From Eledone cirrhosa (Eukaryota): DNA of 64,000 nt. Within the stretch, counting starts at the first letter, position 1; each line of letters opens with the position of its first letter. Below, piece after piece: positions 15,001-23,465 of the stretch. The translations under genes were made by a program, and so were the position numbers. The notes under the pieces were generated by a model. The model ran no database searches. It had not been told where the DNA came from and worked only from the letters and a program-made list of their open reading frames with translations. The stretch lies in assembly GCA_964016885.1 (NCBI GenBank), contig OZ024742.1:347386001-347450000 (forward strand), written 5' to 3'.

Positions 15001-17202
15001 GTGGTGGTGGAGATGTTGGCTGTGGTGGAGGTGTTGGCTATGTCAGTGGTGGTGGTGGAGATGTTGGCTGTGGTGGAGGTGTTGGCTATGTCAGTGGTGG
15101 TGGTGGAGATGTTGGCTGTGGTGGAGGTGTTGGCTATGTCAGTGGTGGTGGTGGAGATGTTGGCTGTGGTGGAGGTGTTGGCTATGTCAGTGGTGGTGGT
15201 GGAGATGTTGGCTGTAGTGGAGGTGTTGGCTATGTCAGTAGTGGTGGTGGAGATGTTGGCTGTAGTGGAGGTGTTGGCTATGTCAGTAGTGGTGGTGGAG
15301 ATGTTGGCTGTGGTGGAGGTGTTGGCTATGTCAGTGGTGGTGGAGATGTTGGCTGTGGTGGAGGTGTTGGCTATGTCAGTGGTGGTGGTGGAGATGTTGG
15401 CTGTGGTGGAGGTGTTGGCTATGTCAGTGGTGGTGGTGGAGATGTTGGCTGTGGTGGAGGTGTTGGCTATGTCAGTAGTGGTGGTGGAGATGTTGGCTGT
15501 GGTGGAGGTGTTGGCTATGTCAGTGGTGGTGGAGATGTTGGCTGTGGTGGAGGTGTTGGCTATATCAGTGGTTGTGGTGGAGATGTTGGCTGTGGTGGAG
15601 GTGTTGGCTATGTCAGTGGTGGTGGTGGAGATGTTGGCTGTGGTGGAGGTGTTGGCTATGTCAGTGGTGGTGGTGGAGATGTTGGCTGTGGTGGAGGTGT
15701 TGGCTATGTCAGTGGTGGTGGTGGAGATGTTGGCTGTGGTGGAGGTGTTGGCTATGTCAGTGGTGGTGGAGATGTTGGCTGTGGTGGAGGTATTGGCTAT
15801 GTCAGTGGTGGTGGTGGAGATGTTGGCTGTAGTGGAGGTGTTGGTTATGTCAGTGGTGGTGGTGGAGATGTTGGCTGTGGTGGAGGTGTTGGCTATGTCA
15901 GTGGTGGTGGAGATGTTGGCTGTGGTGGAGGTGTTGGCTATGTCAGTGGTGGTGGTGGAGATGTTGGCTGTGGTGGAGGTGTTGGCTATGTCAGTGGTGG
16001 TGGTGGAGATGTTGGCTGTGGTGGAGGTGTTGGCTATGTCAGTAGTGGTGGTGGAGATGTTGGCTGTGGTGGAGGTGTTGACTATGTCAGTGGTGGTGGT
16101 GGAGATGTTGGCTGTGGTGGAGGTGTTGGCTATGTCAGTGGTGGTGGTGGAGATGTTGGCTGTGGTGGAGGTGTTGGCTATGTCAGTGGTGGTGGTGGAG
16201 ATGTTGGCTGTGGTGGAGGTGTTGGCTATGTCAGTGGTGATGGAGATGTTGGCTGTGGTGGAGGTGTTGGCTATGTCAGTGGTGGTGGTGGAGATGTTGG
16301 CTGTGGTGGAGGTGTTGGCTATGTCAGTGGTGGTGGTGGAGATGTTGGCTGTGGTGGAGGTGTTGGCTATGTCAGTGGTGGTGGAGATGTTGGCTGTGGT
16401 GGAGGTGTTGGCTATGTCAGTGGTGGTGGAGATGTTGGCTGTGGTGGAGGTGTTGGCTATGTCAGTGGTGGTGGTGGAGATGTTGGCTGTGGTGGAGGTG
16501 TTGGCTATGTCAGTGGTGGTGGTGGAGATGTTGGCTGTGGTGGAGGTGTTGGCTATGTCAGTGGTGGTGGTGGAGATGTTGGCTGTGGTGGAGGTGTTGG
16601 CTATGTCAGTGGTGGTGGAGATGTTGGCTGTGATGGAGGTGTTGGCTATGTCAGTGGTGGTGGAGATGTTGGCTGTGGTGGAGGTGTTGGCTATGTCGGT
16701 GGTGGTGGTGGAGATGTTGGCTGTGGTGGAGGTGTTGGCTATGTCAGTGGTGGTGGTGGAGATGTTGGCTGTGCTGGAGGTGTTGGCTATGTCAGTGGTG
16801 GTGGTGGAGATGTTGGCTGTGGTGGAGGTGTTGGCTATGTCAGTGGTGGTGGTGGAGATGTTGGCTGTGGTGGAGGTGTTGGCTATGTCAGTAGTGGTGG
16901 AGATGTTGGCTGTGGTGGAGGTGTTGGCTATGTCAGTGGTGGTGGAGATGTTGGCTGTGGTGGAGGTGTTGGCTATGTCAGTGGTGGTGGTGGAGATGTT
17001 GGCTGTGGTGGAGGTGTTGGCTATGTCAGTGGTGGTGGTGGAGATGTTGGCTGTGGTGGAGGTGTTGGCTATGTCAGTGGTGGTGGTGGAGATGTTGGCT
17101 GTGGTGGAGGTGTTGGCTATGTCAGTGGTGGTGGAGATGTTGGCTGTGGTGGAGGTGTTGGCTATGTCAGTGGTGGTGGTGGAGATGTTGGCTATGTCAG
17201 TA
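1..17202. repeat. Giant tandem satellite 1, 45/48/51-bp monomer GTGGTGGAGGTGTTGGCT-ATGTCA-(GTG)n-GAGATGTTGGCT, roughly 360 copies, truncated by window start
   Basis: Directly visible. The monomer is built from two 18-bp subrepeats (GTGGTGGAGGTGTTGGCT / GTGGTGGAGATGTTGGCT) plus an ATGTCA(GTG)n spacer. The length variation I saw is all in multiples of 3 bp. The array ends abruptly at ~17202. Confidence 0.99.
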
Positions 17203-17447
17203 CTCCAGATATTTCCTCTGTATGTAGTAAAAAACTCTCCGAAAAGCTGGACAGCAGAAGGTTTTCAGAGAAGAACCCCTTCTCCCCTCTCAAACAAGTG
17301 TTTCAGCCCTTAACTTCTTATACTCTAAGAGAGCCTGGCTACATCCAGGACTATGACTCCTCGGTGCCCTTCTTCTAACCCCTTTTAACCACTTCAATAC
17401 TGGAGACTTGTATATTTAAACTGTTTGGAGATTCTGTTCTTCTATAA

Positions 17448-17621
17448 CAGTGGTTCCCAAAGTGTGTTCCATGAAACCAAAGGGTTCTGCAAAAGAGGGT
17501 CTGGCATTCCGTGAAAATATATTTATATTACAACCATATAACAGTATTAGACTTTGGGGTTCCCCAAAAAAGTTTCTGAACCAAAAAGGGTTCCAAGTTT
17601 GAAAAAGTTTGGGAAACCCTG
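17448..17621. mobile_element. hAT (Charlie/MER5-like) non-autonomous MITE
   Basis: Terminal inverted repeats CAGTGGTTCCCAAA ... TTTGGGAAACCCTG; flanked by an 8-bp target duplication TTCTATAA (17440-17447) / TTCTATAT (17622-17629), 7/8 identical. Confidence 0.8.
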
Positions 17622-17673
17622 TTCTATATTATAGTGACAACTATGAAATAATGTTTAGTTTTGTAGAACTTAC

Positions 17674-17751
17674 CACTTTGTATACCAAATGTTTCATCTA
17701 AGATTCCTTCATACGTTAACTGGAAAGACAGAGGTGTCACAAAATCGACAT
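17674..17751 (-). CDS. VPS33B: VPS33B-like coding exon (6th visible): (D)VDFVTPLSFQLTYEGILDETFGIQS(G)
   Basis: 78 bp; ctttcag acceptor and gtaagt donor; G+AT junction gives Asp, completing the Sec1/Munc18 motif DRDVDFVTP..QLTYEG.LDE.F. Confidence 0.93.
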
Positions 17752-17998
17752 CTGAAAGGTAAATATAGATTCTATAAATGCAACAGTCCACAGAAAATAA
17801 CAACAACAAATGTTTTAAGGCCATTTCCCCTGCCAAAATAGGGGTTAGTATGTGGGCCCCATAAATAACAAGTTTCTCCATTTTACCTTATTCTCAGCAT
17901 CCACCCGCACCAAACCAATAACTTATTTCCTCCTCCAACGACCATGTTTATCCAGTTCGAAATAGGTACACTGTATCTCTGTATGTTGTAAGAGGCAA

Positions 17999-18388
17999 CT
18001 ATCTTTAACAGTGTAAATACAGTGTGTATCTTTAACAGTGTAAATACAGTGTCTATCTTTAACAGTGTAAATACAGTGTCTATATTTAACAGTGTTAATA
18101 CAGTGTCTATCTTTAACAGTGTTAATACAGTGTAAATCTTTAACAGTGTAAATACAGTGTCTATCTTTAACAGTGTTAATACAGTGTCTATCTTTAACAG
18201 TGTAAATACAGTGTCTATCTTTAACAAACAGTGTAAATATAGTGTTATCTTTAACAGTGTAAATACAGTGTTATCTTTAACAGTGTAAATACATTGTCTA
18301 TCTTTAACAGTGTTAATGCAGTGTTATCTTTAACAAACAGTGTAAATACAGTGTTATCTTTAACAGTGTAAATAAAGTGTAAATATTT
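17999..18388. repeat. 27-bp intronic minisatellite ATCTTTAACAGTGTAAATACAGTGTCT, about 14 copies
   Basis: Directly visible tandem array; explains the LLKIDTVFT repeat in the 17883..18227 ORF; abuts the donor of the 18391-18484 exon. Confidence 0.95.
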
Positions 18389-18390
18389 AC

Positions 18391-18484
18391 CTCTGTCTAT
18401 GATAAATAGCTTCCCAACCTCAAAGTCTTCTTCTTCAGTCTTCTGATGGTATTCTGTCATTGATAACATCATCTCATGTACCTT
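18391..18484 (-). CDS. VPS33B: VPS33B-like coding exon (5th visible): KVHEMMLSMTEYHQKTEEEDFEVGKLFIIDR
   Basis: 94 bp; tgacag acceptor and gtaaat donor; phase 0 in, phase 1 out; EVGKLFIIDR resembles vertebrate VPS33B EIGHIFLLDR as recalled. An alternative tandem acceptor 3 nt downstream is possible. Confidence 0.88.
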
Positions 18485-18710
18485 CTGTCATCAGAAGTAA
18501 AGAAAGAACAAAACAACGTTACCATATTTATTATGAAACACATTATGATTTTCAAATGATTTTGAAAATAATCAAGAATTTCAAGGGATTTAGTAATATA
18601 AGTAATTTTCTCATTAGTTATCTGGTGTTTGGAACAGAATACTTGTGATACCTGGCCGAAACTGTTGCTGGTTCTATGAAACAAAACCAACAATTTTAAA
18701 GGGTTTCTAT

Positions 18711-19105
18711 TTAACCCTTTAGCATTTAAACTGGCCGTATCTGGCCAGAATTCTCTACCACTTTCTGTTCAAACTGGCTGTAACTGACCACTCATACTGA
18801 TGTTGAGGTATTGTTCTCATAATAAATGTAAATACTAAAGGATTAAATTAAAATCTTTCAAAATAATTTTCATATAAGAACCATATGTTAAGTTACCCTC
18901 TATGTAATGAAATAATAATTTTAGTAAATTACTGAAAATACTTCAATAATTAATTAAAATAGTATATCTCATTAGCGATATAGTCATGAAAAGGTAAGCA
19001 TAACTTATGATGGAAGGTTTTTAGATAAATATAAACACTAAAAAAGACAGCTTTGTATCATAAAACCGGGGGCAGTTTCAGGTGGCTTGGTATTAAAGGG
19101 GTTAA
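18711..19105. mobile_element. piggyBac-type non-autonomous element (TTAA-flanked MITE)
   Basis: Begins TTAA-CCCTTTAGCATTTAAAC and ends TATTAAAGGGG-TTAA; the left ~120 bp is homologous to 20679-20780. Confidence 0.6.
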
Positions 19106-19737
19106 GTTATATCGATGAGGTTACTATTGATTAATGAATACTGTGGAGTGCACAAGGTACAAAATTCTGCTTGCTCTGTCTGCCTGGTGACTAACAGGCT
19201 CCACTTCTACTTCACAGGTGGTGGAAGAGTTAGTTAACCATTGTAAAAATCAGTGTTCCAACAATATGCAACTATCTAAATTTCAAAAACTATATAACTC
19301 ACAAGAACCCAGTTTAGAATAGGTACACCACCTTATCCCTGTATGTTGCAAGAGGTAATTAAAAGGGTTGGATTGAAGAAGGGCATCTGATTGTAAAATC
19401 TTGCTTCAAAAAGGACACCATGTCATAAGTCCTGTATGGCTAACAACTGTTAGCCATAAATGTTCTTAAAATGCTTGTTGTTGTAAAGTGGAAGATAAGG
19501 GGAGAATGAAAGAGAGGATGAGAGACATGAAGAAGAAAAAAAGAGAGATTCAAAGATTATTTCTAGTAAATTCACAAAAATCTTTAAAAATAAAGGAAAC
19601 TTTGATTTTTTTTTGTTTTTGTTAGATTTACAGACATGGCTGTACTCCGGGGTTGTATTGCACACAGGAATGTATCTCCATCAGTTTCCATGATGAGTGT
19701 TCCAGTAGTTTAATCAAGCCACTGTACACTCATGAGA

Positions 19738-20016
19738 TTAACATACAAGTGGCTGAGCATTTCACCAGACACATGTGCCCTTAACGTAATTTTCAGAGAG
19801 ATTCAGCATGAGACATGGTGTGACAAGGCTGGCTTTTTGAATTACAAATTCAGTCCATCCAATGGGCTTCCAAACAGTTTCCATCTACCCAGTTTCACTC
19901 ACAAGACATAAGTGAACAGCAGGTTATGGTAGGAAACATTTGCTCAAGATGTCATACAGTGGGATTGAACCTGGGATCTAATGATTGTGAAGTAAACTCC
20001 TTAACCATCTGGTCAT
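19738..20016. mobile_element. Two adjacent degenerate SINE-like fragments
   Basis: 19738-19847 is homologous to 25410-25500 (gtggct.agcatttc..cagacac.tgt.ccttaacgta...gattcagcatga..gtgtgacaa.gctgg); 19960-19975 reads as a B-box-like GGTTCAATCCC on the minus strand. Confidence 0.5.
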
Positions 20017-20132
20017 TATATACAATTATGTAAACTGTTCCAATATTTTTAGCTTCAGAAAGAGGGGTTTGTTTTATACTGAAGTTATATTACACAGAAA
20101 CAAATGTGTTAGATGGGAAATATATTGGTTAC

Positions 20133-20237
20133 CTTTGCTGCTCTACCAATGCCACACACAAATGGTATTTGTCTATAGACTGATTGGAAATGAACCAGAG
20201 ATTTTGCTACAGTGTTTAACCAGGTGTAATCATTATG
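20133..20237 (-). CDS. VPS33B: VPS33B-like coding exon (4th visible): HNDYTWLNTVAKSLVHFQSVYRQIPFVCGIGRAAK
   Basis: 105 bp, phase 0/0; ttttatttttcag acceptor and gtaacc donor; WLNTVAKSL and GIGRAAK resemble VPS33B (WINTVAQAL, GIGRCAK) rather than VPS33A. Not listed in the ORF track. Confidence 0.92.
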
Positions 20238-20424
20238 CTGAAAAATAAAACAACATCAGTTAATTTTCCTGAGTTTATTCCATTCATTAAACAACTGACT
20301 GACTACTTCGTTAATATTCAAAAATGGAAAAGGAAGGGAAAGGCAAGGGCTCTAGGGTCCCAGAATGTGAAGGTGATGGGCTCTGGGCCTAGGGCATGGC
20401 AGTGTTGGGGCTGTGCCCCATGGA

Positions 20425-20625
20425 CAAGACTGCAAAAGCATTTCCACGGACTATGGCCAGTGACATCCGCTACAACAGCCACCCCACCTCACAGGGCTCC
20501 TTCTTCAAACAGGTTGCCAACATTCTGATCTTGTGGAGGAGCTCAGCAATACGGGGTCCAAGTACGCCAGAGGTCATGAGGGAGACCAGTGCGAAGAGGA
20601 AGCTGCCGGACAATCCTCAGTATTT
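20425..20625 (-). mobile_element. Degenerate C-terminal fragment of a CRE-like (restriction-endonuclease-type) non-LTR retrotransposon ORF
   Basis: Minus strand translates KY*GLSGSFLFALVSLMTSGVLGPRIAELLHKIRMLATCLKKEPCEVGWLL*RMSLAIVRGNAFAVL, matching the recalled KY..L...F.P...ET.G..GP...WL.QR.SLAI.RGNA signature; two in-frame stops. Confidence 0.7.
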
Positions 20626-20678
20626 GTTTTATTTCTTAACTCTTAACATCCTGCAATGATTTAGCTGAACATATTGAA

Positions 20679-21113
20679 TTAAATAGCATTTAAACCGGCT
20701 ATATCCGACCAGAATTCTCTCACCTCTTTCTGTTCAAACCGGCTGCTCATACTTATGTTAAGGTATTGTTCTCAAAATAAATAATTGTTTCTACGTTAGG
20801 CACAAGGCCAGCAATTACCCAGTGCATTACTGGTACTTTATTTTATCGACCCCGTAAGGATGAAAGGCAAAGTTAACCGCAGCGGGATTTGAACTCAGAT
20901 CGTAAAGGGACGTAACTATCTTTGTCTTTCATCCTTACGGGGTCGATAAAATAAAGTACCAGTAATGCACTGGGTAATTGCTGGCCTTGTACCTAACGTA
21001 GAAACAATTATTTATTTTGAGAAAAATACCTTAACATAAGTATGAGCAGCCGGTTTGAACAGAAAGAGGTGAGAGAATTCTGGTCGGATATAGCCGGTTT
21101 AAATGCTATTTAA
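20679..21113. repeat. Long inverted repeat: 194-bp arms (20679-20872, 20920-21113) with a 47-bp spacer
   Basis: The arms are reverse complements with about 3 mismatches by eye; each arm is a composite of the piggyBac-like MITE end and a SINE fragment. Confidence 0.95.
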
Positions 21114-21167
21114 CATAAATAGTATCAAAAAATAAATAATATCAAAATCTCATAGATTCGATATTAT

Positions 21168-21604
21168 GTGAGATATTATTTGAGATAAAGTGTTTACCGT
21201 GAAATACAATAGTATATATAGAGTAATGTAAATGGCATGTGAGATATTATGTGAAATAAAGTGTTTACCGTGAAATACAATAGTATATATAGAGTAATGT
21301 AAATGTTATGTGAGATATTATGTGAAATAAAGTGTTTACCGTGAAATACAATAGTATATATAAAGTAATGTAAATGTTATGTGAGATATTATGTGAAATA
21401 AAGTGTTTACCGTGAAATACAATAGTATATATAGAGTAATGTAAATGGCATGTGAGATATTATGTGAAATAAAGTGTTTACCGTGAAATACAATAGTATA
21501 TATAGAGTAATGTAAATGGCATGTGAGATATTATGTGAGATAATTATGTGAAATAAAGTGTTTACCGTGAAATACAATAGTATATATAGAGTAATGTAAA
21601 TGCT
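21168..21604. repeat. 71-bp AT-rich tandem repeat, about 6 copies
   Basis: Unit GAGATATTATGTGAAATAAAGTGTTTACCGTGAAATACAATAGTATATATAGAGTAATGTAAATG... recurs at 21241, 21312, 21383 and 21454; ends in AAATGCTAACGGGTTAA (to 21614), resembling the MITE right end. Confidence 0.93.
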
Positions 21605-21888
21605 AACGGGTTAATATTCAAATGTTTCTAGTGCCGTTACAAGGACAGATTATTGTGAAAATTTACACTACTATCTCTTATCATCTTGTAATCATTTTGG
21701 AGAAAATATCTAGAAATAGGTTTGCTAATTCAAATGTTTATAGCATCTTTACAATTGGACAAGTCATGGTGAAAATTTGCAGTATTAGAGTAAAGACTTC
21801 AATATTTAATGTGTTGCACTTTTCAAGAATGTGGTTTCGTGTGGTACAGGACGTTAAGAGTTAATTCATAATGTATGTATACATGTAC

Positions 21889-21962
21889 GTGTGTGTACAT
21901 TGAATGTGTATGTGTGTGTGTATGTGCATATATGTGCGTGTGAGCATGTGTGTATACGTGTT
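21889..21962. repeat. Degenerate (TG/TA)n microsatellite
   Basis: Directly visible alternating purine-pyrimidine tract. Confidence 0.8.
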
Positions 21963-22021
21963 TGTTTAATTTCTGTACTGTCAATGTGAAACAAGAAATG
22001 TAGAGATTGTAGTGAACTTAC

Positions 22022-22162
22022 TAAATAGAATCTTGGCAGGAAATCAGACAATTCCAAAGACAAAACATCTCTGTCAAGAGGTATCAAATCTAAAATGAAC
22101 TCTTCCACGGTAACATAGCCGAAGACCCCTTCTCTCTCTAACACTTCCTCACAAACGTTCAG
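22022..22162 (-). CDS. VPS33B: VPS33B-like coding exon (3rd visible): LNVCEEVLEREGVFGYVTVEEFILDLIPLDRDVLSLELSDFLPRFYL
   Basis: 141 bp, phase 0/0; tctttcag acceptor and gtaagt donor; CE.VLE.EG..G.V and L.PLD.D.LS.E motifs of VPS33B. Confidence 0.95.
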
Positions 22163-22374
22163 CTGAAAGAAGATATATATATATATATGAATTCTACCAT
22201 GTAACGAATAGTTGACTTCACCTATTATAGGCTTTCTGATGAAGTGTAATAAATAATTAAGTATTGCATATGATTGAACAATATATATTGTAGTCAGCAT
22301 ATGTAGACAATTATAATAGACACAGAAACATATGTTAAAGCAACTAAATTACTAATCTCCTGTAATATTTGCTT

Positions 22375-22404
22375 ATATATATATAGATATATATATATAT
22401 ATAT

Positions 22405-22458
<54 letters not shown>
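22375..22458. repeat. (TA)n microsatellite
   Basis: Directly visible; further short (TA)n, (CAT)n and (GAT)n tracts at 22506-22660. Confidence 0.97.
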
Positions 22459-22463
<5 letters not shown>

Positions 22464-22757
22464 TTGACATGGCCTGGACCAATACAGGCCGAAACCTATC
22501 AAAGTTATATACATATATATCATCATCATCGATGTTTATATATATATATATATTTATAAAGGTAATTGTCTCTAACACTTAGACATCTCAATGAAAGGAT
22601 AAGATATATTAATAAATTATCTACTCAGATGATGATGATGATGGTGATGATGATGAGATGTATACAAAAAGGAAATAGAAACAACAAAGCAAACAATACA
22701 GTACTATGAAGAAATATATTAGTTTAACGTTTGATATAGTAGAATAAAAGTATTTAT

Positions 22758-22782
22758 GTTTCGGACACTAGTCCTTCATCAG
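22758..22782 (-). ncRNA. Degenerate minimal hammerhead-ribozyme-like motif (Penelope-like-element type)
   Basis: Minus strand reads CTGATGA-A-GGAC-tagt-GTCC-GAAAC: conserved core with an intact stem II, but stems I and III are poorly formed. Confidence 0.45.
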
Positions 22783-23022
22783 AAGATAGAATGAGAAATA
22801 AAAGATGAAATAGAAAAATAAAGAGTAGTAAGAGGAAGGAAAGGAGAAAATATTTTTTGAGAAAAAGCATGTGTATATTGAATCAGCCATAGTAGTCAAT
22901 TAAGCTTGGCTGAAAATTTTGTTGGAGCCCTTGTGTATTATTTGCGGAACTTGTAATCCTTTCATTACCAGATTTCTCATAAAAGACACTGTCTATGATT
23001 TTCAAATAGTTTTTAAAATAAT

Positions 23023-23465
23023 GATGTCTAGTATAGGCACAAGGCCAGTAACTTTGGGGAGGGGAAAGTCGATTAAATCGACCCCAGTACGTTACTGGTG
23101 CTTTATTTTATCGACCCCATAAGGATGAAAGGCAAAGTTTACCTCGGCGGGATTTGAACTCAGACTGTAGACGACTGTAACTCTTTGCCACAAAGCATGG
23201 TGTCCGACTCTCTACCGATACTGCCAATCCACCGCCCTAGCATGGTGTCCGACTCTCTACTGATACTGCCAATCCACCGCCCTAGCATGGTGTCCGACTC
23301 TCTACCGATACTGCCAATCCACCACCCTAACATGGTGTCCGACTCTCTACCGATACTGCCAATCCACCGCCCTAGCATGGTGTCCGACTCTCTACCGATA
23401 CTGCCAATCCACCGCCCTAGCATGGTGTCCGACTCTCTACCGATACTGCCAATCCACCGCCCTCT
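23023..23465 (-). mobile_element. tRNA-derived SINE with 17-bp target-site duplication and internally amplified 5' end
   Basis: Minus strand has A-box-like TGGCAGTATCGG and B-box-like GAGTTCAAATCC; flanked by ATAGTTTTTAAAATAAT at 23006-23022 and 23466-23482; homologous copies at 20784-20918, 24122-24328 and 24329-24522. Confidence 0.85.
23194..23463. repeat. 45-bp tandem repeat x6 (AGCATGGTGTCCGACTCTCTACCGATACTGCCAATCCACCGCCCT)
   Basis: Six nearly identical copies; the unit is the SINE 5' segment, present once (partially) in the other SINE copies. Confidence 0.96.

Noticed and set aside
7442-15832. Short Trp/Cys-rich ORFs (WWRCWLCQ)n
   Set aside because: Remaining plus-strand frame of the same satellite, frequently interrupted by stops.
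1-17202. Apparent synonymous-site bias among satellite-1 variants as proof of coding selection
   Set aside because: The most frequent variants are synonymous in the Thr-rich frame, but counting distinct variants by eye gives roughly one third synonymous, near neutral expectation; frequencies are inflated by block duplications.
1-17202. Telomeric repeat interpretation of the G-rich array
   Set aside because: No TTAGGG-type unit, and the G-rich strand points toward the unique island rather than outward.
1-17313. 1922-aa and 3846-aa Val/Met-rich ORFs (VVEVLAMSVVVVEMLA)n as real proteins
   Set aside because: Direct translation of satellite 1; implausibly hydrophobic, split by a point stop at 5767, no unique domain.
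23194-23463. CRISPR-like array interpretation of the 45-bp, 27-bp, 71-bp or 34-bp repeats
   Set aside because: No unique spacers, no cas genes, and a spliceosomal-intron eukaryotic context.
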